From positions 2,770 through 66,769 of the forward strand of contig JAPPJI010000021.1 in NCBI GenBank assembly GCA_028820405.1: a stretch of DNA of 64,000 nucleotides, read 5' to 3'. This DNA is from Candidatus Kaiserbacteria bacterium. Lineage in GTDB: Bacteria; Patescibacteriota; Minisyncoccia; Phycocordibacterales; JABAAK01. Under the pieces are notes generated by a model that did not search any database, was not told the origin of the DNA, and worked only from the letters and a program-made list of their open reading frames with translations. The translations under genes and the position numbers were made by a program. This document shows, one piece after another, positions 36,749 to 46,352 of the stretch. Within the stretch, counting starts at the first letter, position 1. The number at the start of each line of letters is the position of its first letter.

Positions 36749-37330
36749 CTACACACTCCAGACATCAAACCGACCGACCTCAATTCGTTCGCCAAACTTT
36801 TGTACCATCTCATCGACAACATTTTTCACCGACCTGCTGTCGTCAAGAATGAATGACTGCTCAAGCAGTACTGCTTCCTGTAGTTTTGTATCAATCTTTC
36901 CTTCAATGATCTTCTCCTGCACTTCTTTCGGCTTATCCGCATCAACATCAGACTGAAGCTCCTCCCGCATCGTTGCAAGTACCTCTTCAGGCACCCGTTC
37001 TCTCGATACATACTGCGGCTGAAATGCCGTGCAGTGCATTGCGAGATCCTGGGCAAGCTTGATAAATGTTTCATTGCGGGCGACAAAATCCGTTTCGCAC
37101 AGGAGCTCAAGCATCGCACCAACCTGATTTGTCGTGTGGATGTAGGATTGCACGACACCTGACCCGAGGTCCCTATCTGCCTTTTTCTCAGCGGCAAGTG
37201 CACCACGCTCACGAAGTAAGTCCTGTGCCTTGTCCATGTCACCGCCGGCCTCTTCCAATGCCTCTTTACACTTGGTGATTGAGTGACCGGTCACGTCACG
37301 AAGTTTTTTGATGAGTGCAATGTCTGTCAT
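36749..37330 (-). CDS. tsf: elongation factor Ts (short form)
   Basis: N-terminal UBA-like LIKKLRDVTGHSITKCKEALEEAGGDMDKA and the core dimerisation domain. Confidence 0.9.
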   Translation of the reverse strand: MTDIALIKKLRDVTGHSITKCKEALEEAGGDMDKAQDLLRERGALAAEKKADRDLGSGVVQSYIHTTNQVGAMLELLCETDFVARNETFIKLAQDLAMHCTAFQPQYVSRERVPEEVLATMREELQSDVDADKPKEVQEKIIEGKIDTKLQEAVLLEQSFILDDSRSVKNVVDEMVQKFGERIEVGRFDVWSV

Positions 37331-37331
37331 A

Positions 37332-38030
37332 CTACCCCTCCTTTCCTTTGGTATACGCTTCCTTCACCAGCCCAAGAAGATATGCAACTGCCTCACGTGA
37401 ATAAATATTCATCGGCACCGGGTACTGAGCAGCCCGAAGATCTGCATTCGCATTTGAAAAACCAATGACCGGAATCTTTGATCGTATCGCCTCACTCACC
37501 GCGATTTTCTCACGCTTGGTGTCAAAGACAATAAGTGCTGCGGGTCGCTCGGTCATTGAAGCAATACCGGAAAACTTTCCCTGCAGCTTTCCAAGTTCCC
37601 GTGTCATGAGCACCTTCTCTTTCTTGGTGTAGTGGGTCCATCGACCCTCTTCCCGCTCCTTGACAAGTTTTTCCATCCTCTCAACCCGACTACGAACATT
37701 TTTGAAATTTGAAATGGTACCGCCAACCCATCGATTTACCATATACGGCTGCGAAAGCTCTTCCGCAGTTTTCTGCACCATGTCGGCGGTCTCCCGCCGG
37801 GTTGAAACAAAAAAGAGTGATCCTTCCTTCTTTGCAACCGCTTCAATAAAGGTGAGTGCCTTGGTGAGCATCTCAACTGTTTTTTCTAAATCAAAACAGA
37901 GACCGCCGCTCGCTTTCTGCCGGACAATAGCCTGCATAGACGGATGACGATACCGCTTTGTCAGGGCATACTGCCCGCCAACTTTTTCCATTTCCTGCAC
38001 TATATCCCGTGCTGACTGCATGCCCTCCAT
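37332..38030 (-). CDS. rpsB: 30S ribosomal protein S2
   Basis: S2 fold motifs (LFFVSTRRE, ERPAALIVFDTKREKIAVSEA, IPVIGFSNANAD). tsf lies immediately downstream. Confidence 0.9.
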   Translation of the reverse strand: MEGMQSARDIVQEMEKVGGQYALTKRYRHPSMQAIVRQKASGGLCFDLEKTVEMLTKALTFIEAVAKKEGSLFFVSTRRETADMVQKTAEELSQPYMVNRWVGGTISNFKNVRSRVERMEKLVKEREEGRWTHYTKKEKVLMTRELGKLQGKFSGIASMTERPAALIVFDTKREKIAVSEAIRSKIPVIGFSNANADLRAAQYPVPMNIYSREAVAYLLGLVKEAYTKGKEG

Positions 38031-38034
38031 ACTA

Positions 38035-39030
38035 TCACATCGCTGTCTCATCAGGCAACGTACGCTGTTCCTCCTCATATGCTTCCTGCAACGCCTTGAC
38101 AATACCGGCAATATCACCGCCCAGAATCTTTTCAATACCCGACCAGCTCTTTTGTATGCGATGATCCGTTACCCGATCTTGTAAGACATTGTACGTTCGT
38201 ATCTTCTCAGATCGATCAGCCCGACCGATCTGGGATCGGCGGAGTGAGTCATACGCCTGATCTTCCTGCTCCTGCCGCAATTGCTCCACCTTCGACTCAA
38301 GAATTTCCATTGCCCGTTCCCGATTCTTGACCTGTGTTCGCTCCTCAGTGCAACGCACCTCAATACCGGTCGGCACGTGCACGAGGTGTACTGCGGACTC
38401 AACTTTATTCACGTTCTGACCGCCCGCACCGCCGGAGCGGGAAAATTTCATCGTTATGTCACTCGAATCGATGGTACTAACCCGCTTTTTTCGAATCGGC
38501 AATACAGCGACAGAAGCGGTCGAGGTATGAATACGACCGGATTTTTCTGTTGCCGGCACCCGCTGCACCCGATGCACCCCGGTCTCAAAGCGAAAAGTGT
38601 CGTACGCACCGGATCCGCGAATCCGTACAACGATTTCCTTGTATCCGTCGATGTCATTCCGTGCAATAGAGACCGGAGCGAAAGAGCAGTCAATGGTTCC
38701 CGCGTACTTCTCATACATGTCAGCGAGGTCCCGTGCAAAAATGGACGCCTCATCACCGCCGGCACCGGCACGAATCTCCAGCACAATCTCGTTTGCCCCC
38801 TTTCCTTCAGGTGAACCTTCATCGGTAATGGTTTGCATCTGCTGTAAAAGAGCCGCCATACTCTTTTCAAGATCCTCCTTCTCCTTTGCAACGAGATCGT
38901 CCATCCCGTCACCGGAGAGGTCCTGCAGTGAATCACGTTCGCGACAGAGTCGGTCATACTCCTTTGCAAGGTACGCAGTACGCGGATCTGTACGATACGG
39001 TTCTATATCCATACGTGTAGCAGGCAGCAA
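38035..39030 (-). CDS. prfA: peptide chain release factor 1
   Basis: GGQ motif ([16 protein letters not shown]) and PAT tripeptide ([14 protein letters not shown]), which indicates RF1 rather than RF2. Confidence 0.9.
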   Translation of the reverse strand: MLPATRMDIEPYRTDPRTAYLAKEYDRLCRERDSLQDLSGDGMDDLVAKEKEDLEKSMAALLQQMQTITDEGSPEGKGANEIVLEIRAGAGGDEASIFARDLADMYEKYAGTIDCSFAPVSIARNDIDGYKEIVVRIRGSGAYDTFRFETGVHRVQRVPATEKSGRIHTSTASVAVLPIRKKRVSTIDSSDITMKFSRSGGAGGQNVNKVESAVHLVHVPTGIEVRCTEERTQVKNRERAMEILESKVEQLRQEQEDQAYDSLRRSQIGRADRSEKIRTYNVLQDRVTDHRIQKSWSGIEKILGGDIAGIVKALQEAYEEEQRTLPDETAM

Positions 39031-39036
39031 CGCCAG

Positions 39037-39309
39037 TTACTGCCCATCCCCGCCCTTCTTTGCGGATGCACGCTTGCTTGCCCGTGTGCGAAACTTTTCA
39101 ACCCTGCCGGCAGTGTCAACGATGTTCTCCTCACCGGTGTAGAACGGATGGCTTGCCGAACTGATCTCAACGGGGATAACGTAGTACTCGACACCATCAA
39201 CCGTCTCCTTCTGTTCAGAGACCGCGGTTGACTCGCCAAAGAAATCCGCACCCACACCAGTGTCGCGAAAGATGACCGGATGCATTGGTGGATGAATATC
39301 CTTTTTCAT
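39037..39309 (-). CDS. rpmE: 50S ribosomal protein L31
   Basis: MKKDIHPxxHPV start (ATG at 39309) and the SASHPFYTG motif. Confidence 0.9.
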   Translation of the reverse strand: MKKDIHPPMHPVIFRDTGVGADFFGESTAVSEQKETVDGVEYYVIPVEISSASHPFYTGEENIVDTAGRVEKFRTRASKRASAKKGGDGQ

Positions 39310-39354
39310 AGTATTGGTAGTATATAGAGTGAGCACGATTAGGACAAGAAACGA

Positions 39355-41076
39355 CTATCGACGCAGAAATGCGATGTCTTTTTCAAAGTCCCTCGCCTTG
39401 GCCAGCACGCCGTCACAGTACAGCCGTGCAACCCGGGACTGCCAGTTTGATCCTGCGTAGTATCGCCGCGATGCGGTGCACTCATTTTTCAGGGCACCGA
39501 GTTCGGTAAGGTAGATGCCGGAGACAAAGAATGCATCACGCGGGTTCCACGGATTTGACGGCCGGTTGCCGCCGGTGTGCCTGCGGACAATATCTTTGTC
39601 TCTGCGATACTCCCATGAGCCGTCATAGAAATTGATCTGATTGACTGCTGACCGGGTTGACGGCCCGACCTGACCGGTTCCGCGTGTCAGGTTGTACGGT
39701 CGCAAGATGCGTGACGCATAGCGTTCTTGAAACCTCGTGACTGCCTGTGCCACCGCGCTGCCGTACGTGCCCGTCTCATTTCCCGGACTCCCCGGACCGA
39801 TCGAAGCAACGGTGAACCCTTGCCTGTTGAGAAATCGCTGCAGCCGCTTCACATCAGACCCGGAGCTCCCTATCTGCAGCGTGGTGTTCCCGCGGATAAC
39901 CCTGCTGGTACTGGTCATGGAACACGTTCCCGTTTCCCGATTCACCATACCGCCGTAGCAGACCCACGTTGACGGGATGAACTGTGCGGGACCCATCGCA
40001 CCGCCCCAACCAAACCCGGGTCGTGCTGAGACGCGAAGTTCGTTCGGATCGTCATACCCGAGCAGTTTCACAATCTTCGGGAACAGCGGCTGGTCTCGTG
40101 TCGGGTGCATGTCTTTTTGATAGGTGCCGGTTCCGACATTCTTTCCGAGATCTGATTCGTGCTTAATGACGCCGAGGAGAAATGCCGGGCGGATACCTGT
40201 CGCCGCATGCACCTCATTTGCATACGTCAGTGCCTGCTCAAACGAGATGGCACCCCCGCCGAAGAGGTCAAAGAGCCGGTTTCGTATCTTCGCGGCCCGT
40301 TCCCGATATTCCTCAAGATACTCTTTGGTATCGTTCTCTTCTGCAATCTGTCCTTTGAGTACCTGGTCTTTCTCTTCACGCTTCTCCTGCACCCGTTGTG
40401 CCGAGACTTCCTGGTGCTGGCGGATACGGCCCTGCTCATCTTTCTTCTCACGCAACTCTTCAATGCTTGCGGCAATGCGATGACGGAGACCGTTGATATC
40501 ATTAACGGATTCTTCGGTCACCTTTCGCAGTGACCGATACTCATTTTCTTCAAAAAAATACGAAGAGAGGGTTGTGTTTGAAAGCAGCAGGCTCACAAAG
40601 CCCCGCTGTTCGGTTTCATTAAGATTGCGAAAGAGGGTTGTGAGGAACAGTTTCCGGTCCTCCACCTTCTCGCCAAGCCCTTCCACCGCCGTCTCTTTAT
40701 CAATAATCTCTTCACCGAGATCCCCAATGATATCGTCAATTGTCTGTATGTTTGAGAGGACCCGGTTAATCTCTTTGTCAATTACCGCAATCTCCTGCTC
40801 GGTATTCAAACGATCAGCCTGCTGCTGATTCAATTTTTCTTCACCAACTTTAACGCGATGTTCCATGTATTCCTGACATTTCTCCATCTCCCGCTTCAGC
40901 TCCCCCGGCCGCGTGGTTTCATCAGCAAGGATCTCCGCACACTTCGCTTCCATAGAGGTGTCAGCCTCAATATACGGAACGGTGTGCACTGCCAACGCAA
41001 CAAACAAAACAGTTACGTATAGCATAATGACGGTACGTATTCTTATTTCTCTTTGATACACACGCATCTCCCCCAC
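39355..41076 (-). CDS. membrane-anchored coiled-coil protein with MltB-like lytic transglycosylase domain and C-terminal peptidoglycan-binding domain
   Basis: N-terminal TM. ~250 aa of heptad-like charged coil. Catalytic-region motifs HESDLG (ES) and GAMGPAQFIPSTW (as in GAMGQxQFMPxT of MltB family). C-terminal GSDVKRLQRFLNRQG...GPGSPGNETGTYGSAVAQAVTRFQ is PG-binding. Confidence 0.65.
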   Translation of the reverse strand: MGEMRVYQREIRIRTVIMLYVTVLFVALAVHTVPYIEADTSMEAKCAEILADETTRPGELKREMEKCQEYMEHRVKVGEEKLNQQQADRLNTEQEIAVIDKEINRVLSNIQTIDDIIGDLGEEIIDKETAVEGLGEKVEDRKLFLTTLFRNLNETEQRGFVSLLLSNTTLSSYFFEENEYRSLRKVTEESVNDINGLRHRIAASIEELREKKDEQGRIRQHQEVSAQRVQEKREEKDQVLKGQIAEENDTKEYLEEYRERAAKIRNRLFDLFGGGAISFEQALTYANEVHAATGIRPAFLLGVIKHESDLGKNVGTGTYQKDMHPTRDQPLFPKIVKLLGYDDPNELRVSARPGFGWGGAMGPAQFIPSTWVCYGGMVNRETGTCSMTSTSRVIRGNTTLQIGSSGSDVKRLQRFLNRQGFTVASIGPGSPGNETGTYGSAVAQAVTRFQERYASRILRPYNLTRGTGQVGPSTRSAVNQINFYDGSWEYRRDKDIVRRHTGGNRPSNPWNPRDAFFVSGIYLTELGALKNECTASRRYYAGSNWQSRVARLYCDGVLAKARDFEKDIAFLRR

Positions 41077-41088
41077 TCCACGCCTGAA

Positions 41089-41751
41089 CTACTCCTGTTC
41101 TCCGGCGTCCTCTTCTGCCACCTCTTCATCTTCCGGCTTCTTCCCTCCTTTTCCGGTTACTTCGATATTCTCAAGGTAATTTTCATCCTCTTGCACCGGC
41201 TCTTCTTCCTCCTGAGACTGCTCAACAATTGATATAACGGTGTCCTCAGGATTCGATACCAGTGTAACATTGTCTGGTAACGGTATGTTAGAGACCGAAA
41301 GATGGGACCCGATATCCTCAAGACCGCTCACGTCAGCGGTTACAAAACCGGGGATGTTCTGCGGCAACGCCCGCACAATCAATTTATCCAAAGCAACAAC
41401 CATCTGCCCTTCGTGCACCTTCACCCCCGGCGCTTCGCCTTCAACACGAATCGGCACTTCGTGCTCAACCTCACGTGATGCATCAACAAAGAGAAAGTCA
41501 GCATGTATCGGATCCCCGGTCACCGGATGAAAATCAATGTCCTGCAACAGCACCTGCTTCCCTTGCAAATCACCGTCTGCCTCAACAACCACAACATCGG
41601 ATGTGAGAAGGTCTGTCAACTGCTTCACCGGCACGGTATATGCGGTACTTTTTTGCTCAGCACCGTAGCAGACAACCGGCACCGACCCCGCTTTGCGGAG
41701 TCCCGCCACCTGCTTGCCAAATATCGTCCGGGACGTAAATGGGAGTTTCAT
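41089..41751 (-). CDS. rplY: 50S ribosomal protein L25 / general stress protein Ctc form, with acidic C-terminal tail
   Basis: L25 N-domain (RTIFGKQVAGLRKAGSVPVVCYG) plus the Ctc C-domain. The start is at ATG 41751. Confidence 0.85.
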   Translation of the reverse strand: MKLPFTSRTIFGKQVAGLRKAGSVPVVCYGAEQKSTAYTVPVKQLTDLLTSDVVVVEADGDLQGKQVLLQDIDFHPVTGDPIHADFLFVDASREVEHEVPIRVEGEAPGVKVHEGQMVVALDKLIVRALPQNIPGFVTADVSGLEDIGSHLSVSNIPLPDNVTLVSNPEDTVISIVEQSQEEEEPVQEDENYLENIEVTGKGGKKPEDEEVAEEDAGEQE

Positions 41752-41803
41752 GTACTGGGTATGGTATCGCAAGAAGCGATCTCTTGCAACTGAGGAACGC
41801 CGT

Positions 41804-42772
41804 CTATGACAATAGCACTGGGTTTTTTGCCTCGCTGCCGTGGAGCACGGCGATAACATCCTCAGCTACCATCGTCGCCATATTATTTCTCGTCGCAATA
41901 CTTGCCGATGCAGTATGTGGTGTGAGCACAACATTTTCCAACGATCGAAGGTCTCTGCCGATATGCGGCTCTCGTTCAAACACGTCAAGACCGGCACCGA
42001 ATATGCGATCTTCCTTGAGCACGTCGGTGAGTGCCTGCTCATCAATGACCGGACCGCGGGAAGTGTTGATAACAATTGCATCGTGTCGCAGGAGAGCAAG
42101 TCGACGATCATTGAGAAAGTGGTGCGTCTCTTTTGTCAACGGAAGGTGCACAGACACCACATCGGCCTGTCGCAGGAGATCCTCCGGGCTCTCACACAAT
42201 TTGCCGCCGGTACTCTTTTCAAACAGATCGTTTCGCTTGGTGTCGTAGTAGACAACCTGCATGCCGATCCCTGTCGCCATTTCTCCGACACGAGACCCGA
42301 TTCTCCCTGCACCGATAACGCCGAGTGTTTTCCCCTTCAGGTCAACACCGAGAAGCAGTTCCGGCTCCCAGCCACGAAACCTGTTCTTCCTGACATACCG
42401 ATCAGCCTCCGGCGTTCTTGTTGCAACCGCAAACATGAGTGCAATGGTGTGCTCTGCAACGGTATCAGTGAGGACACCCGGCGTGTTTGTCACCACGATA
42501 CCCCGTTCATTCGCCGCAGCAACGTCAATATTGTTGTACCCTACCGCATAGTTTGCGATGATCTTGATCCCCGACCCCATCGCATCAATCACCTCACGGT
42601 CAATGTCATCAGTGAGGAGGGTGATGACACCGTCATATGCATCTTTTTTCAGAGCACGAAGCAGGTGTCTCTTCCCCGGCGGCCGTTCACCGAGAACCGT
42701 TAACGACACATCATGTGCTTTGAGCAGATCAAAACACACTGACGGTATGCGTTGGGTGACAAGGACCTTCAT
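41804..42772 (-). CDS. D-isomer-specific 2-hydroxyacid dehydrogenase (glycerate/hydroxypyruvate reductase-like)
   Basis: NAD-binding GxGxxG (GVIGAGRIGSRVG), catalytic RG...E...H pattern and TPHTAS near the C-terminus. Confidence 0.8.
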   Translation of the reverse strand: MKVLVTQRIPSVCFDLLKAHDVSLTVLGERPPGKRHLLRALKKDAYDGVITLLTDDIDREVIDAMGSGIKIIANYAVGYNNIDVAAANERGIVVTNTPGVLTDTVAEHTIALMFAVATRTPEADRYVRKNRFRGWEPELLLGVDLKGKTLGVIGAGRIGSRVGEMATGIGMQVVYYDTKRNDLFEKSTGGKLCESPEDLLRQADVVSVHLPLTKETHHFLNDRRLALLRHDAIVINTSRGPVIDEQALTDVLKEDRIFGAGLDVFEREPHIGRDLRSLENVVLTPHTASASIATRNNMATMVAEDVIAVLHGSEAKNPVLLS

Positions 42773-43808
42773 GTTGCAGGTAGTGTATCACGGCTATGTG
42801 GCATACTTGGGAGTAGTGAACAGTCTGACCTTTCTTGCACTTGGCGACATTACCGCTGACAGCTTCATCACTTTGCAAGACGCGTCAGTGCACTGTGCGG
42901 TTGAAACGGAAGCGTGCACGATATCAATGCGATGGGGTGACAAGATACCGTACAAAGATGTCGTAACGATTCCCGCCGTCGGCAACAGTCCGAACGCCGC
43001 TGTCTGTGCCGCACGGCTCGGCATACCGACCGGGTTGATTTCGTTTGTCGGGAACGATCGGGGTGGTGATGAATGTGTCGCATCTCTTGAAAAAGAAGGT
43101 ATTGACACCTCACTCATCAACCGGGAATCGGGCAAGACAACGAATCATCACTATGTTCTCTCCTTTGATGCCGAGCGAACTATCCTTGTTCGGCATGAAT
43201 CATTCACCTACACCCTCCCGACAATACCGGAAACGGTCACCTGGCTCTACGTCTCTTCCGTCGGGTCAGCAGCAGAAGACCTGCATGACGACATTGCTGA
43301 GTGGGCTCAGCAACACCCGAATGTGAAGATCGTCTTTCAGCCGGGGACATTTCAGATGTCACTCGGCTACGATCGTCTCCGGAAACTGTACGAAGCAGCT
43401 CACCTCTTCGTTTGTAACAAGCAGGAGGCACAGCGTATTCTTGCATCGAATGAGAACAGTGTTCGGGAACTCCTTATTGCACTGCAAAAGAGAGGACCGG
43501 CCGTTGTCTCCATCACCGACGGTCCGGCAGGCGCCTATGCATATGACGGCAATGCCATGCACAAGATTCCTCAATATCCGGACAGCAGCCCGCCGAAAGA
43601 GCGAACCGGTGCAGGAGATGCATACACTGCGACACTCGCAGCATTTCTTGCAAAAGGGCTTCCTTTGACTGAGGCACTCCTTCGCGCACCCATCAATGCA
43701 ATGTCCGTTGTTCAACATGTCGGAGCACAAAAAGGGCTTCTCACTGAGGGAGACGTGGAACGATACCTCGCCAAGGCACCGGATAGCTACACGGTCTCAT
43801 CGCTTTGA
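42771..43808 (+). CDS. PfkB-family carbohydrate/ribokinase-like kinase
   Basis: N-terminal GD/GG motif region (LALGDITADSFI), the anion hole and the C-terminal GAGDAYTATLAAF (DTxGAGD) motif. The start is uncertain: ATG 42771 (2-nt divergent overlap with the dehydrogenase start) or GTG ~42816. Confidence 0.7.
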   Translation: MLQVVYHGYVAYLGVVNSLTFLALGDITADSFITLQDASVHCAVETEACTISMRWGDKIPYKDVVTIPAVGNSPNAAVCAARLGIPTGLISFVGNDRGGDECVASLEKEGIDTSLINRESGKTTNHHYVLSFDAERTILVRHESFTYTLPTIPETVTWLYVSSVGSAAEDLHDDIAEWAQQHPNVKIVFQPGTFQMSLGYDRLRKLYEAAHLFVCNKQEAQRILASNENSVRELLIALQKRGPAVVSITDGPAGAYAYDGNAMHKIPQYPDSSPPKERTGAGDAYTATLAAFLAKGLPLTEALLRAPINAMSVVQHVGAQKGLLTEGDVERYLAKAPDSYTVSSL

Positions 43809-44438
43809 TTGATCAAGGCGTTGAACGATTTTTTGCATGAGGTACGTCAACCCCCGCTGTATGTGTTTGCCGAACAGTACGATAGCAACAAACAAGGCAA
43901 CTGCATAGAGAATGGTGTTGGATATCTCCAAACCGGCTTCACGGGTCAGGATGTCTCGACCGACAAAGTAGCCGGGAACGAAGAGAAAGAGGGTCCATAT
44001 GACGGTAACGACGGTATCACGGATGAAAAACGACCACGTGGACATGTTACTGCGGAGTGCAAGGAGAAACACTAACCCTTTTGTCATAGGTGCTATCTTC
44101 ATGGCAACAATGAGAAAATATATGTGGTGCTGAAACTGCCGTTCGTAGGTTTTTAAAACAGCGTCAAGTTTTTTGAAAAATGGTCGGCTTGTAACACGAT
44201 TTGACAGTACACCCGTTCGCTTCAATGCTTGGGTAACGGCGTAGACGGCAGTCTCAAACGTTATGATACTGATAACACCGACGAGAAACGGATAAATGGT
44301 TGTCTTGCCCGATCCGTAGAGAACACCGAACGCATGCAGCGTCACCTCTCCGATCGTCAGCGGGGTGGTAACTGCAATGAGGTACTGATACTGTGCAATC
44401 GTTGCGGTAACCTGTTCAATGAGGTTGACGGAGAGCAT
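43797..44438 (-). CDS. DedA/TVP38-like (VTT-domain) membrane protein, tentative
   Basis: Multi-TM protein whose re-entrant hydrophobic segments resemble the DedA family. The start is set at the internal ATG at 44438 to avoid overlap with tkt. Confidence 0.45.
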   Translation of the reverse strand: MLSVNLIEQVTATIAQYQYLIAVTTPLTIGEVTLHAFGVLYGSGKTTIYPFLVGVISIITFETAVYAVTQALKRTGVLSNRVTSRPFFKKLDAVLKTYERQFQHHIYFLIVAMKIAPMTKGLVFLLALRSNMSTWSFFIRDTVVTVIWTLFLFVPGYFVGRDILTREAGLEISNTILYAVALFVAIVLFGKHIQRGLTYLMQKIVQRLDQSKR

Positions 44439-44439
44439 A

Positions 44440-45453
44440 TCATCGTGCACCCCGACCGCCTGCCGCAACCCGAACAATTTCAGCAAGATGCTCTTTTGAG
44501 AGACCGTAGTGGTCGATAAGTTCTTCGGGTGTTCCTGACTGACCGAACCGGTCATCAACACCGACACGGTGCACCGGCATCGGGCAGCTCTCAGAGATCA
44601 TCTCGGCAACGGCAGATCCGAGACCGCCAATACGCTGATGTTCTTCGATCGTAACCGTGCAGCCTGATGCTTCTGCATAGGTGCACACCGTGGGGTCAAG
44701 CGGTTTGACGGTCGGCACATTTACAACAATGACACCGATGTCACCTGCAAGTTCTTCGGCAACGGTAAGGGCTGTCCGAACAGCAGCCCCGCAGGCAAAG
44801 ATGGTAACGCTCGGATTGCTCGATCGGTATAAACACTGCGCTTTTCCGATCTCAAACGGCGAAACATCTGTTGTCATCAGCGGCGTTTCCTCCCGCTGCA
44901 ATCGAATGTAGACCGGTCCGTCATGATCAGCTGCAGCAATCGTTGCTTTCCGTGCTTCCTCCGCATCACACGGAACAATCACCGTCATACGGGGAATGAC
45001 CCGGGTAATGGCAATGTCCTCAAGTGCCTGGTGGGTGCCGCCGTCCGGTCCGACGGAGACACCTGCGTGCGACCCCACAATTTTTACATTCACATCGTTG
45101 TAGCAGATTGTGGTTCGAATCTGCTCCCAGTTTCTTCCCGGAGAAAACATGGCGTACGAGGTAAAGAAAGGGATTTTTCCCATTGCCGCCATACCGGAGG
45201 CAACTGATGCCATCGACTGTTCGGCAATCCCCATCTCCACAAACCGACCGGGAAACCGATCACGGAACAGGTGTGTCTGTGTCGACTCAGTCAAATCCGC
45301 ACAGAGTGCAACCACACGTCGATCCTTTTCCCCGGCTTCAAGCAGACCCTGACCGTACCCTTTCCTGATCGGGACCTTCTCTTCGTCCGATGTTCCTAGT
45401 TTAGGGTGAAAATGTATTCCTTGTTCCAACATACTACTCACACTCTGACACAA
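44440..45453 (-). CDS. transketolase, C-terminal section (pyrimidine-binding + C-terminal domains)
   Basis: Split transketolase. GIAEQSMASVASGMA and the C-terminal domain. Confidence 0.9.
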   Translation of the reverse strand: MCQSVSSMLEQGIHFHPKLGTSDEEKVPIRKGYGQGLLEAGEKDRRVVALCADLTESTQTHLFRDRFPGRFVEMGIAEQSMASVASGMAAMGKIPFFTSYAMFSPGRNWEQIRTTICYNDVNVKIVGSHAGVSVGPDGGTHQALEDIAITRVIPRMTVIVPCDAEEARKATIAAADHDGPVYIRLQREETPLMTTDVSPFEIGKAQCLYRSSNPSVTIFACGAAVRTALTVAEELAGDIGVIVVNVPTVKPLDPTVCTYAEASGCTVTIEEHQRIGGLGSAVAEMISESCPMPVHRVGVDDRFGQSGTPEELIDHYGLSKEHLAEIVRVAAGGRGAR

Positions 45454-46324
45454 TAGTGCCTTTCAGGTTGCGCAACTGTTTGAGTGCACAGATGCCCTGC
45501 TTGTCTTTTGTAACGATGTCTTCCGGACCTTTTCCGGGAGGTGTCCCGTGCCATCGATAGTCCCGTTCAAACTGCGGCACCCCTTTTCCGGGCACGGTGT
45601 GTGCAATGATAACGGTCGGTCGGTGTGCTGACTGTGCTTCACCAAAGGCGCTGTGGATCTCCTGTACGTTATGACCGTCCGTGTTTATCACATGCCAATT
45701 AAATGATTCAAACTTTTCCTGCAGTGGCTCAAGCGGCATAATGTCCCGCGTGAACCCGTCAATCTGGATACCGTTCCGATCAATAACCGCGATGAGATTG
45801 TACGGCTGGTCGCGACCTGCAAGCATCACCGATTCCCACACCTGACCGCAGTTAAGTTCGCCGTCGCTCATGAAGCAGTAGAAAAAAACCGGTGATTGCG
45901 GTCGATCGATACGATCGGCCAGTGCCATACCGACCGCCTGCGAGAGCCCGGATCCGAGCGGTCCGGAACTGGTCTCAATACCGGGGAGAAACTCACGGTG
46001 CGGATGTCCCTGCAGGCGAGATCCGAACTGACGGAGGGTTTTGAGCTCCTTGGTCGGGAAAAATCCTGCATGCGCCATAGTCGCGTACAGTACCGGACAG
46101 ATATGACCGTTTGAGAGAATGACCCGATCACGATCATCGGCAAGCGGATTCTTCGGATCATACCGAAGGACAGAAAAATAGAGTGTCGCGAATACATCCG
46201 CCATGCCGAGCGGTCCCGCGGTGTGACCTGAACCGGCTTCAATGAGTGATTCAATGAGCGAAATGCGAATTTTATTTGCTTTTCGTTCAATAATTGCAAC
46301 CTCCCTATCTTTCAAATGTTCCAT
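45434..46324 (-). CDS. transketolase, N-terminal section (TPP-binding)
   Basis: GSGHTAGPLGMADVFATLYF and GDGELNCGQVWE TPP motifs. Overlaps the C-terminal section by 20 nt. Confidence 0.9.
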   Translation of the reverse strand: MEHLKDREVAIIERKANKIRISLIESLIEAGSGHTAGPLGMADVFATLYFSVLRYDPKNPLADDRDRVILSNGHICPVLYATMAHAGFFPTKELKTLRQFGSRLQGHPHREFLPGIETSSGPLGSGLSQAVGMALADRIDRPQSPVFFYCFMSDGELNCGQVWESVMLAGRDQPYNLIAVIDRNGIQIDGFTRDIMPLEPLQEKFESFNWHVINTDGHNVQEIHSAFGEAQSAHRPTVIIAHTVPGKGVPQFERDYRWHGTPPGKGPEDIVTKDKQGICALKQLRNLKGTIVSECE

Positions 46325-46352
46325 TTTTTTAGTGTAGCACGGCTCTGCGGTA

